From Thermofilum pendens Hrk 5 (GTDB lineage Archaea > Thermoproteota > Thermoprotei > Thermofilales > Thermofilaceae), in contig NC_008698.1 in assembly GCF_000015225.1 (NCBI RefSeq), positions 1,080,001 to 1,112,000 of the forward strand: a DNA stretch of 32,000 nucleotides, read 5' to 3'. The notes below the pieces were generated by a model. The model saw nothing but the letters and a program-made list of their open reading frames with translations. It was not told the DNA's origin and made no database searches. The translations under genes and the position numbers were made by a program. Below are positions 24,192 to 32,000 of this stretch, piece by piece. Each line of letters begins with the position of its first letter. The stretch's first letter is position 1.

Positions 24192-26288
24192 ATGCCGAAG
24201 ACTATATGGGATCTCCCGTCCCCGCCGCCAGCAAGGGGCCACGCGGGGCTCGCGGTTTTCCTAGCGTCGCAGGGCTTCCCGGAGCTAGGCGCGGACCACT
24301 TGCTCAACCCACTCACGGCGCCCAGGTACTCGGAGCTCGTAGGGCAGGTCGTCAGGAGGGTCGGGCTGTTGCTACGCGGGGACGCGGGGCTGGAGCTCGC
24401 CCGTAACGCTGTGAAGCTCCTGGTAGAGGTGGGTCTTAACAGTGTAGGCTTCGAAGCCGTGTGGGCAGGCGTCCCCGCCGCCGAGTCCGAGAAGGCTTAC
24501 CGGTTCGCGGTGAGCTTCCTCGGGGAGCTGGAGGAGGACGAGAGGGTCAGAGAGGCGGCGTCCGCGGTCGTTAAGGGCATGCTCTCCGACATGGGGAAGG
24601 TCATGTCGAGCAACCCTAGGGCTAAGAGCATGCTGAGGTGGATGTCCGAGGAGATAGAGAGGCAGGTCGACTGGCGCCACCCCGCTTCAAGCTTCCTGGC
24701 CGGCGCGAGGAGGGTTATAGAGGGGAACGCCTACTACAGGATGTACAAGCTCGGGCTTTGCCGCTTCGGCAACGACTACGCCTTGGGGCTGAGGTGGCTT
24801 AGGCGCCTAGGCTTCGTCCAGGTCTCGACGAACCCCGTTCTCGCAGCGGAGGCGTACAAGGACGACCCCGGGCTCTGGGAGGCCTTCGAGGAGTACCTGA
24901 GAAGGCACCCGGAGCTCGTTGAGAGGGCCGAGAGCGACCCGGACGAGCTCGCAATGGCGGCTACACTCATAGCCCTCTGGCCGAACATGGAGGTCTTCCG
25001 ACCCGTCGCGCACCTCCTCGACTTCAAGGACGGGATGATAAGCTACCAGCTGAACCCCAACGTCGCCGACAGCGTGGAGGGTAGCGTTAGGGACGCGTTG
25101 AAGATATACAGGCTCAGCGAGGAGTACTTCGAGAAGTACGACGAGTACCTTCTCTGGGGGTGGCCCAGCACCATGGAGAGGGGGAGGCCCAACATAGTCT
25201 TCAAGGTTGCCGGTAGTAGCGAGGCGGCGATAGAGATCACGAGGATGCTCGAGAGCATGGGCATAGGCACGAACAACACGGTTACGTTCGCCGTCTCCCA
25301 GGAGGTGCAACTCATCCTCGCCAAGCTCGACGGAAGGGCGAAGGCCGTCAAGAAGGGGGTCAAGCTCACGAAGTCCTACGAGACTAACATGGGCGGCAGG
25401 CTAGAGGCCCACCTCCGGGAGGTCAAGGCGGCGGAGCTCATAAAGACGGCCCTCAGGCAGCTCGAAAACCCAGAGGAGGAGCTCGCGCGGCTAGCCAGGG
25501 AGCTCGGAGTACAAGGGGCGGAGCCCGGTAAGCCCTGGGAGGCTCCCACGGGCTGGGGCTACAGCGTGAGGGCGGAGACGCTCGACGAGAAGGCAGAGCT
25601 CGTAGCGAGCCAGGCCTACGTGAAGTCCTTGAAGGATCCGCGGCTCGCCGAGTTCCTGCTGAAAGCGAGGGTCTGCGGGGCTACACGCGAGGAGGTCGAG
25701 GCCTGCCTGGCCGCCTGGGAGGAGGCGATAAGCCTCTCCGGGACGCTGGTTGCCAGGAGGGTTTGGGGTATATTCTTCAGCGACGAGAACATGCCGAGGT
25801 GGATAGCCTACCTCGTCTCCAGGTACGGGCTCAGCTACGACGAGGCAGTCGAGGTGCTCGGCGGCATAGACGTGTTGCCGGCCTCGAAGAGGAAGCCCGA
25901 GGACACCCTCTACACGCTCGCCGCGAGGAACATGACGAACACGGAGTTCCCGAACCACCAGCTGAACGTGCACATGGCGTACGCAAGCGGCAAGGTCCGC
26001 CTGGAGGACTACGCTAACGCCGTGCTCAGAGGTGCCCCCAGGGAGGTGGAGGAGCTCTTAGTGAAGATGGAGGACTTCAGAAAGGCCTACGAGCTTACAG
26101 AGGAGCTCTTAAGAGTGCTCAGAGAGGTGGGGATACCCGGCGCCGAGCTCCTCGGAAGCGGCGGGTTGAAGCCGGAGGAATGGGTCTCCTTCGGCCCCAG
26201 GGTTAAGACGATGAAGGGCTTCACGAACGCCTACAACGAGTTTAGATCCAGGTGCTTGGAGCTCGCCAAGCGCCTCGCCGCGAAATGA
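24192..26288 (+). CDS. large transaldolase-fold (class I aldolase TIM barrel) protein of unknown function
   Basis: By-eye matches to transaldolase motifs: VQVSTNPVL (vs D-A-TTNPSL), IVFKVAGSSEAAIEITRMLESMGIGTNNTVTFAVSQ (vs ILIKLASTWeGIrAaeqLekeGInCNLTLLFSfaQ, Schiff-base Lys retained), MGGRL and LAARN. About 700 aa, against about 220-320 aa for known transaldolases. Start is uncertain (TTG 24141, GTG 24162 or ATG 24192). Confidence 0.6.
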   Translation: MPKTIWDLPSPPPARGHAGLAVFLASQGFPELGADHLLNPLTAPRYSELVGQVVRRVGLLLRGDAGLELARNAVKLLVEVGLNSVGFEAVWAGVPAAESEKAYRFAVSFLGELEEDERVREAASAVVKGMLSDMGKVMSSNPRAKSMLRWMSEEIERQVDWRHPASSFLAGARRVIEGNAYYRMYKLGLCRFGNDYALGLRWLRRLGFVQVSTNPVLAAEAYKDDPGLWEAFEEYLRRHPELVERAESDPDELAMAATLIALWPNMEVFRPVAHLLDFKDGMISYQLNPNVADSVEGSVRDALKIYRLSEEYFEKYDEYLLWGWPSTMERGRPNIVFKVAGSSEAAIEITRMLESMGIGTNNTVTFAVSQEVQLILAKLDGRAKAVKKGVKLTKSYETNMGGRLEAHLREVKAAELIKTALRQLENPEEELARLARELGVQGAEPGKPWEAPTGWGYSVRAETLDEKAELVASQAYVKSLKDPRLAEFLLKARVCGATREEVEACLAAWEEAISLSGTLVARRVWGIFFSDENMPRWIAYLVSRYGLSYDEAVEVLGGIDVLPASKRKPEDTLYTLAARNMTNTEFPNHQLNVHMAYASGKVRLEDYANAVLRGAPREVEELLVKMEDFRKAYELTEELLRVLREVGIPGAELLGSGGLKPEEWVSFGPRVKTMKGFTNAYNEFRSRCLELAKRLAAK

Positions 26289-26369
26289 TAAACTTCCCAT
26301 ATTAGTAAAAATATATTTGGGGGAAAGCTTTTATCTAGTTACCGCTAAAAAGTAGGTGGTGGGAGGGCT

Positions 26370-27461
26370 TTGGCACGTGTAGCCGTCAAAGATCTTGTGA
26401 AAAGGTTTGGAAAAGTGGTTGCCGTCGACAGGGTCTCCTTCGAGGCTAAGGACGGCGAGTTCCTCGTTCTCCTCGGCCCCAGCGGGTGCGGGAAGACCAC
26501 TACCCTGAGGATGATAGCCGGGCTAGAGACGCCAGACGAGGGAGAGATCTACATCGGGGACAGGCTCGTGAACGACCTGCCGCCCAAGGATAGGGACGTG
26601 GCGATGGTGTTCCAAAACTACGCTCTCTACCCGCACATGAAGGTATACGATAACATCGCTTTCCCGCTCAGGATAAGGAAGCTGCCGGCCGACGAGATAG
26701 ACCGCAGAGTCAGAGAGGTGGCAAAGCTCCTGAGGATAGAGGAGTTGCTGGACAGGTACCCGAGGCAGCTGAGCGGCGGGCAACAGCAGAGGGTCGCCCT
26801 GGGTAGGGCTCTCGTGAGGCAGCCACAGGTCTTCCTGATGGACGAGCCTCTCAGCAACCTCGACGCAAAGCTGAGGGTGTACATGAGGGCTGAGCTGAAG
26901 AGGCTTCAGAGAGAGCTCGGCATAACAACGATCTACGTTACCCACGACCAAGCGGAGGCTATGACCATGGCGGACAGGGTAGCTGTGATGAACGAGGGGA
27001 AGATAATGCAGCTCGCAGACCCCGCCGAGCTCTACTTCAGGCCCGCGAACACCTTCGTTGCGGGCTTCATAGGAGCCCCGGCGATGAACTTCGTAGACGC
27101 CTCGGCGAAGGTTGAAGACGACACGGTCGTGCTCGACACGGGGATCTACCGCATCAGGCTCCCCAAGGACGCCTCCGAGGTGCTGATAAAGCAGGGCGTG
27201 CCGAGCGAGGTCATATTCGGTATAAGGCCTGAGCACATCACCGTTAGCAAGCAGGAGTTCCCCGGGAGCTTCGCCGCGGAGGTCTTCGTAACGGAGCCCC
27301 TAGGATCGGAGACGATAATCGACTTCAAGCATGGAGACGCTATACTCAAGGCGAAGTACCCCGGGCACTTCGAGGCCTCTCCGGGAGAGAAGATATACAT
27401 AGGCTTCCAGCTACAGTACGCCCACGTGTTCGACAAGAAGACAGGAAAAGCCCTAGTCTAG
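26370..27461 (+). CDS. MalK-like sugar ABC transporter ATP-binding protein, orphan (no adjacent permease)
   Basis: Walker A GPSGCGKTT, signature LSGGQQQRVALGRA, Walker B FLMDEPLSNLD and a C-terminal MalK-type domain. TTG start preceded by the SD-like GGTGGTGGGAGG. Clear paralog of the 7814-8899 gene. Confidence 0.9.
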   Translation: MARVAVKDLVKRFGKVVAVDRVSFEAKDGEFLVLLGPSGCGKTTTLRMIAGLETPDEGEIYIGDRLVNDLPPKDRDVAMVFQNYALYPHMKVYDNIAFPLRIRKLPADEIDRRVREVAKLLRIEELLDRYPRQLSGGQQQRVALGRALVRQPQVFLMDEPLSNLDAKLRVYMRAELKRLQRELGITTIYVTHDQAEAMTMADRVAVMNEGKIMQLADPAELYFRPANTFVAGFIGAPAMNFVDASAKVEDDTVVLDTGIYRIRLPKDASEVLIKQGVPSEVIFGIRPEHITVSKQEFPGSFAAEVFVTEPLGSETIIDFKHGDAILKAKYPGHFEASPGEKIYIGFQLQYAHVFDKKTGKALV

Positions 27462-27473
27462 AAATTTTCAGGG

Positions 27474-27836
27474 TTATTTTGCCTCGTCTTCTACCTCGAA
27501 GCTTCCCCTACCGTACCCTTTCACCGAGATCTCCAAGGCTACTTTATGCTTGCCGGGCGCGTAGCTACCGGGGATTCTCACCTCTACCTCGGTCCCCACC
27601 GGGACCTCCACCGGGTTGGCCTCGGAGATCTCCGAGGACTTCAGTGTTCTTCCGGAGACGACTATCACTACTTCCTCGGGCTTTACCTCTGCGTCGTCAA
27701 CCTTCACCTTCACCGGGGCGTTGAGAGAAGCTGTTGCCAGGCTGTTCTTGAGCTTGAAGGAGAGGTAGCCGTGCTCGAGCTTCATGCTACCCTTCACGTA
27801 CAGCCTTTTGAGAAGGGCTCGCGGAAGGAATGCCAT
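27474..27836 (-). CDS. hypothetical protein (120 aa), beta-rich
   Basis: ATG start with an AT-rich promoter element about 33 nt upstream. Val/Glu/Lys-rich alternating pattern suggests a beta-sandwich. No motif recognised. Confidence 0.5.
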   Translation of the reverse strand: MAFLPRALLKRLYVKGSMKLEHGYLSFKLKNSLATASLNAPVKVKVDDAEVKPEEVVIVVSGRTLKSSEISEANPVEVPVGTEVEVRIPGSYAPGKHKVALEISVKGYGRGSFEVEDEAK

Positions 27837-27860
27837 AGCTATCGATAATTCTTTGCGCGC

Positions 27861-27878
27861 TAAAGATAAATATTTTTT
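27861..27878. promoter_or_regulatory. AT-rich element TAAAGATAAATATTTTTT shared by divergent promoters
   Basis: Lies in the 57-nt gap, about 25 nt from the GTG at 27894 (+) and about 33 nt from the ATG at 27836 (-). Confidence 0.5.
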
Positions 27879-27893
27879 GGGGCTTCTCTACGC

Positions 27894-28595
27894 GTGCCCG
27901 GGAAAAACTTCAGCTTGACGGGTCATAGGGGCGCAGCCGCGCTGGAGCCGGAAAACACCCTCCCCTCCTTTCTGAAGGCCTACGAGTGCGGGGCTACGGG
28001 TATCGAGTTCGACGTGCGCTTGACGCGTGACGGCGTCGTCGTGGCGCACGACGACGAGTTAGAGAGGGTTGCGGGGGTTAAGGGTAGGGTGAGCGAGAAG
28101 ACCTACTCGGAGTTGCTCGGGGTCAGGGTGGGGGGCAGGGCGCGTATCCCGACTCTCAGGGAGGTTCTCTCCCTGGCTAAGGGCAGGCTGAGCGTGGATA
28201 TAGAGCTTAAGGTCGTGGGGGCGGAGGCTGAGGTCGTGGATTCCCTGAGAGAGTTGCGGATGGTCGACGACGCGCTGGTAACGTCGTTTGTACCCGAGGC
28301 TCTGCGGAGAGTCAAGGAGCTGGCGCCGGAGGTGAGCGTGGGTGTACTGCTCGAAGAGTGGGACGACGAGTACCTCGAGATAGCCGAAAAGCTGGGTGCA
28401 GAGGCTTTGCTACCGTACTACGAGGCGCTGAGCCGCGACCTTGTCGAGAGGATAAAGAAGCGGGGCTTCAAGGTGATAACGTGGACCGTGGACGACCCGG
28501 AGGTCGCGGAGCGGCTCTACAGGCTGGGGATCGACGGGGTAATAACGGACGACCCTTGCCTGCTTGCACGCAGGCTTAGGTTCACGGGAGGCTAG
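27894..28595 (+). CDS. glycerophosphodiester phosphodiesterase
   Basis: GDPD signatures HRGAAALEPENTLPSF, GIEFDVRLTRDGVVVAHDD and TWTVDD. 233 aa. Confidence 0.85.
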   Translation: MPGKNFSLTGHRGAAALEPENTLPSFLKAYECGATGIEFDVRLTRDGVVVAHDDELERVAGVKGRVSEKTYSELLGVRVGGRARIPTLREVLSLAKGRLSVDIELKVVGAEAEVVDSLRELRMVDDALVTSFVPEALRRVKELAPEVSVGVLLEEWDDEYLEIAEKLGAEALLPYYEALSRDLVERIKKRGFKVITWTVDDPEVAERLYRLGIDGVITDDPCLLARRLRFTGG

Positions 28596-28602
28596 CACTC
28601 TC

Positions 28603-28614
28603 AAAGTTTATAGG
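28603..28614 (+). promoter_or_regulatory. TATA box (AAAGTTTATAGG) for the transglutaminase-like gene
   Basis: Centred about 27 nt upstream of the GTG at 28637. Confidence 0.5.
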
Positions 28615-28636
28615 TCTCGGCGTTTTTCCTAGGTAC

Positions 28637-30541
28637 GTGGCGAGAAGGCTTTCCGCGGTTGTGCTCCTCCTCTTGGTGGTTTTCTCGGTAGCTGAGAGCT
28701 CCGGGTCTCCGGGGGTCGAGGTTACAGGCTTAACAGTCAAGGTCGGGACTCTAGTAGGCGGCGTGTTTGTCGAGAGGCCTAACAGGACTGTGAACGCCGG
28801 GGAGAAGGTCGCCGTCAAGGTCGTAGTGGAGGTGCGCGGGGATGCGGGCACGAGGTACGAGGGGAGCCTCAAGCTGTCCGTAGCCAACCCCCTCGGAGTA
28901 GTCGTGGGCGAAGACTCCAGGAACTGGTCCTCCACCCTCCGGGGCGCTGGCGAGGAGTGGGAGTTCACGTTCGTCTACGAGTTTCCCCCCTCCGCCCTGA
29001 GGGGGTACTACAACGTCGACGTCTCGGTGAAGGTTTTGAACAGCGTTTCCCGCGGGAGGGTCTCCTTCTTCTACAGGGGGCTCGTCGATAGGAGGAACGT
29101 CGTGAACGTTACCTACGTGCTCGTGCTAGAGGGCACGGGGGAAGTCGGGGAGCTGAGGGTAGCGCTCCCCCAGGCCGACTCCATGACCTTCGCCGCCGGC
29201 CCGGTAGTGTCGCCTAGGCCTTCGAGGGTAGAGAAGGACGAGCTCGGCAACGTGTACGCGGTTTACGAGAAGGTAGCCGAGGGGGCGTTCAGGAAGGAGT
29301 TCAAAGTCAGCTTCGTAGGGGTGCAGGAAGTCAGTCTGGTGAGCGCCGACGCGCCTATAGACTCTCTCAGAAGCCTCCCGCCCGGGCTCGAGGAGTTCCT
29401 GCGCCCGTCCCCGTACATAGAGAGCGATAGCCCGGAGATAGTCGAGGTTGCCAGGAGGCTTTCGTCGGGCGTCTCCACGGTGCGCCAGCTAGCGTCGAGG
29501 ATAGCGGACTACGTCTCCTCGACTCTCAGGTACAACGACGCCCTCAGGAGCATAAGGGACTCCTGGAGCCTAGGAGCCCTCTGGGCTCTCCACGCGAAGC
29601 AGGGCATGTGCCTCCAGTTCGCCCGGCTGTACGTCGCCATAGCGCGTGCCGCGGGGCTACCAGCCAGGGTCGTCGAGGGGCTCGTGGTTACGCCGCCCGG
29701 AGGCTCCTCCTCGTACCTCCACGCGTACGCCGAGTTCTACCTGCCGGGCTACGGGTGGGTGCCCGTAGAGCCGCAACTCCCCGGGAGGTACGTGGGGCTC
29801 GTCCCTCCTGTCCCCGGGTACGTCCCGCTGGTCAAGGGGCTTGGGGAGGAGAGGGCGGGCTCCCGGGACTCTGTGAGCACGCAGTTTACCTACTCGTACC
29901 GCTTGTACCCCTACGAGGGGTTGTCGGGGAGCGTGAAGCTATCAGTGAAGTACCCGAGAGAGCTACTCTACGGCGACCTGATCAAGGTCAACGTCAGCGT
30001 GGAGCCTAGGGACGCGGTATCGGAGGTCGCCGTCACCGCCCCTAACGGCTCGCGCTACGAGTACAGGCTCGTAGGCCCCGGGAGCGTAGTCCTCGCGGCG
30101 AGCGACGCGGGCAACTGGACCGTCGAGGTGTTCTCGATGAGGCAGGGCTACCTGCCAGCCTACACCGTTGCAGTCGTACCGGTAAGGCCGCGTCCCATCA
30201 AGCTTTCCGTCGAGGTCGAAGGACTACCCCTCCTCGGCAGGCCAGCTTTCATAGTCAGAGTGAGCCCCCCTGTACCCGGCATAACCGTAGCTGTGAACTC
30301 CTCCAACTGCCTCTACTACGAGGCTCGGACCCTGGAGACGAACTCCTCCGGCGTCGCCGTCTACGAGCCCCCGGTACTCCTGTGCCCGGCTACCATCGAG
30401 TTCCGGGCGAGGGGGAGGGGATACACGGAGGCGGTAGAGGTTTACCAGTACGACTACTCGCGCCTAGTCCCCCTATACGCGCTAATCCTGCTCGTCGCAG
30501 TCCTGCTCGTAGCCGTGCGTGCAATACGCAAAAAGCATTAA
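28637..30541 (+). CDS. transglutaminase-like domain surface protein with N-terminal signal and C-terminal TM anchor
   Basis: Signal MARRLSAVVLLLLVVFSVAES. Transglutaminase core GMCLQFARLYVAIARAAGLPARVVEG ... HAYAEFYLPGYGWVPVEP. C-terminal anchor LVPLYALILLVAVLLVAVRAIRKKH. Eight N-x-S/T sequons. Confidence 0.8.
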   Translation: MARRLSAVVLLLLVVFSVAESSGSPGVEVTGLTVKVGTLVGGVFVERPNRTVNAGEKVAVKVVVEVRGDAGTRYEGSLKLSVANPLGVVVGEDSRNWSSTLRGAGEEWEFTFVYEFPPSALRGYYNVDVSVKVLNSVSRGRVSFFYRGLVDRRNVVNVTYVLVLEGTGEVGELRVALPQADSMTFAAGPVVSPRPSRVEKDELGNVYAVYEKVAEGAFRKEFKVSFVGVQEVSLVSADAPIDSLRSLPPGLEEFLRPSPYIESDSPEIVEVARRLSSGVSTVRQLASRIADYVSSTLRYNDALRSIRDSWSLGALWALHAKQGMCLQFARLYVAIARAAGLPARVVEGLVVTPPGGSSSYLHAYAEFYLPGYGWVPVEPQLPGRYVGLVPPVPGYVPLVKGLGEERAGSRDSVSTQFTYSYRLYPYEGLSGSVKLSVKYPRELLYGDLIKVNVSVEPRDAVSEVAVTAPNGSRYEYRLVGPGSVVLAASDAGNWTVEVFSMRQGYLPAYTVAVVPVRPRPIKLSVEVEGLPLLGRPAFIVRVSPPVPGITVAVNSSNCLYYEARTLETNSSGVAVYEPPVLLCPATIEFRARGRGYTEAVEVYQYDYSRLVPLYALILLVAVLLVAVRAIRKKH

Positions 30542-30564
30542 TCTTGGCTTGGCGATTGAGGTTT

Positions 30565-30623
30565 GGGATGACGAACAGCCGGAGGGCTTACGGAGCCGTG
30601 AAGAGTGCGGCCGTAGCTGATCC
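30565..30623 (+). ncRNA. candidate C/D box sRNA (2'-O-methylation guide)
   Basis: C box ATGACGA (30568-74), 12-nt guide ACAGCCGGAGGG, D' CTTA (30587-90), 7-nt spacer, C' GTGAAGA (30598-604), 12-nt guide GTGCGGCCGTAG, D box CTGA (30617-20). Flanks GGG / TCC can form a short terminal stem. A T6 run lies 10 nt downstream. Sits in a 106-nt intergenic gap. Confidence 0.5.
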
Positions 30624-30629
30624 GTAAAG

Positions 30630-30637
30630 CTTTTTTA
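30630..30637 (+). promoter_or_regulatory. CTTTTTTA element: TATA box for the epimerase gene and/or oligo-T terminator of the sRNA candidate
   Basis: Centred about 26 nt upstream of the GTG at 30660 (MRVLVTGGAGFIGS) and only about 14 nt from the GTG at 30648. Confidence 0.45.
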
Positions 30638-30647
30638 GAGAGTTCTC

Positions 30648-31595
30648 GTGGCTAGATCCGTGAGGGTACTGGTAACCGGTGGCGCCGGCTTCATCGGTAG
30701 CCACCTCGTCGAAAGGCTCGTTGCGCGCGGCTACGAGGTCGTCGTGCTCGACAACCTGTCCTCGGGCTCCCTGGAGAACCTGAGGAGCGTGCTCGGAGAC
30801 GTTGAGTTTGTCCGAGGGGACGTGAGGAGCCGGGAGGACGTCGAGAAGGCTCTTCGGGGCGTGGACGCGGTTTTCCACTTCGCCGCGAACCCCGAGGTCA
30901 GGGTTGGCGATCCCCGGGAGCACTTCGAGCACAACGTTTTCGCTACGTTCAACGTGCTTGAAGCTATGAGGAGGCTCGGCGTGTCGGACATAGTGTTCGC
31001 TTCTTCGAGCACCGTTTACGGCGACGCCGAGAAGTTGCCGACACCGGAGGACTACGGCCCCCTGAAGCCCATATCCGTGTACGGTGCCTCGAAGCTCGCG
31101 TGCGAGGCGCTCATATCCAGCTACACGCACACGTTCGGCTTCAAGGGGGTTGCGCTTCGCTACGCGAACGTCGTGGGACCGAGGGCTACGAGAGGCGTGG
31201 TGAAGGACTTCGTCAGGAAGCTGAGGGAGAACCCCCGGGTCCTCGAGATACTCGGCGACGGGACCCAGAGGAAGAGCTACGTCTGGATAGAGGACGCGGT
31301 CGAGGCAACCCTGCTGGCCTGGGAGAGGACGGGCGAGGGCTTCGAGGCATACAACGTGGGGAGCGAGGACGCCATAACGGTGAGGGAGGTTGCCGACATA
31401 GTGGTCAGCGCGATGGGCTTGTCGAACGTTGAGTACAGGTTCACCGGTGGCGTGATGGGAGGCAGGGGGTGGGTGGGGGACGTTAAGAACATGCACCTAG
31501 ATATAGGCAAGCTGAAAAAGCTCGGGTGGAGCCCGAGGTACACGAGCAGGGACGCGGTGAGGCTCGCCACTCTCGAAGCGATTAAAGGCGGCTAA
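30648..31595 (+). CDS. NAD-dependent nucleoside-diphosphate-sugar epimerase/dehydratase (UDP-glucose 4-epimerase-like)
   Basis: Rossmann motif VLVTGGAGFIGSHL and catalytic YGASKLACE (YxxxK). About 311-315 aa. The GTG at 30660 is probably the true start given the TATA spacing. Confidence 0.9.
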   Translation: MARSVRVLVTGGAGFIGSHLVERLVARGYEVVVLDNLSSGSLENLRSVLGDVEFVRGDVRSREDVEKALRGVDAVFHFAANPEVRVGDPREHFEHNVFATFNVLEAMRRLGVSDIVFASSSTVYGDAEKLPTPEDYGPLKPISVYGASKLACEALISSYTHTFGFKGVALRYANVVGPRATRGVVKDFVRKLRENPRVLEILGDGTQRKSYVWIEDAVEATLLAWERTGEGFEAYNVGSEDAITVREVADIVVSAMGLSNVEYRFTGGVMGGRGWVGDVKNMHLDIGKLKKLGWSPRYTSRDAVRLATLEAIKGG

Positions 31596-31598
31596 GCG

Positions 31599-31970
31599 CT
31601 ACTTCTCCCCCAGTGCCCGCTTGAATGCATCGAAGACGGCGAGGAAGCCCTCCGCGGTTATCGTGCCTTCGTGCTTGTACATCCTGGTTATCTTCCCGTT
31701 TTCTCGTACCAGGAAGACGAGAGTGGGGGATACGTGTACGTCGAATATCTCGAAGAGCCTCTTCGCGGTCTCCGAGCGGCAGGATCTCGCGAACCAGTCG
31801 CACAGGACAACAACGAACGTAGCGCCGCTTAGCTCCTTGGTGAGCTTGAACCACGTCTCGTTGAATTTCCTGCACGCCCCGCACATCGTGTTGCTAAAGT
31901 AGACTACGTAGAAGCCGTCGGCGTCCAGGGGGATCTTCTCCGAGAGTACCCAGCGCCCAGCCCCGTACAC
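31599..31970 (-). CDS. thioredoxin-like protein (CGAC active site), possibly 5'-incomplete in this window
   Basis: FSNTMCGACRKF (CxxC) and the cis-Pro region HVSPTLVFL. The frame stays open upstream of the GTG at 31970 to the window edge at 32000. Confidence 0.7.
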   Translation of the reverse strand: MYGAGRWVLSEKIPLDADGFYVVYFSNTMCGACRKFNETWFKLTKELSGATFVVVLCDWFARSCRSETAKRLFEIFDVHVSPTLVFLVRENGKITRMYKHEGTITAEGFLAVFDAFKRALGEK

Positions 31971-32000
31971 GTAGACTCCGTTCTGCGACAGCCCCTCCTC

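Noticed and set aside
26289-26369. Possible TrmB half-sites (TTAGTA, AAAAGTAGG) upstream of the orphan MalK-like gene
   Set aside because: There is no matching TACT half at the right spacing, so a palindrome cannot be formed.
26523-27236. 237-aa ORF on the minus strand
   Set aside because: It is antisense to the MalK-like ATPase, which has all the canonical ABC motifs, so this is a shadow ORF.
30588-31496. 302-aa ORF on the minus strand
   Set aside because: It is antisense to the epimerase gene (Rossmann and YxxxK motifs), and its 3' end would run through the C/D sRNA candidate. It has shadow-frame composition.
1-32000. Search for CRISPR arrays, IS elements or transposases, integrases, tRNA and rRNA genes
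   Set aside because: I saw no regularly spaced repeats, no transposase or integrase motifs and no tRNA-like cloverleaf candidates. The intergenic gaps are all 190 nt or shorter.

Overview
GC-rich, gene-dense archaeal chromosome segment. The promoter layout suggests a hyperthermophilic crenarchaeon: TATA boxes sit about 25-33 nt upstream of start codons, many mRNAs look leaderless, GTG/TTG starts are common, and operon genes overlap at GTGA/TTGA junctions. I cannot name the species from sequence alone. The backbone is an almost complete de novo pyrimidine pathway in three blocks on the + strand: pyrF-pyrE (6583-7790), pyrB-pyrI-pyrC-pyrK-pyrD (17173-21610) and pyrG (22457-24124). A ~9.2 kb sugar-utilisation locus (7814-17055) sits between pyrE and pyrB. 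It carries a CUT1-type ABC transporter (binding protein, two permeases, MalK-like ATPase), a GH130-like glycosidase/phosphorylase, a TrmB-family regulator, a GH65 disaccharide phosphorylase and a beta-phosphoglucomutase. Two related 17-bp motifs of the TACT-N3-AGTA type lie in the two promoters of this locus and are probably TrmB operators. The left flank holds orphan genes: a 477-aa protein with weak double LAGLIDADG-like motifs, and a KaiC-like ATPase divergent from two signal-anchored orphan proteins. The right flank holds an unusually long (~700 aa) transaldolase-fold protein with apparently altered catalytic residues, an orphan second MalK-like ATPase, a glycerophosphodiester phosphodiesterase, a transglutaminase-like surface glycoprotein, a candidate C/D box sRNA with canonical 12-nt guides (30565-30623), an NAD-dependent epimerase and a thioredoxin-like gene. 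I found no rRNA, tRNA, CRISPR array, transposase or integrase. The many long antisense ORFs in the track are GC-driven shadows of real genes. All homology statements rest on motifs recognised by eye; no searches were run.
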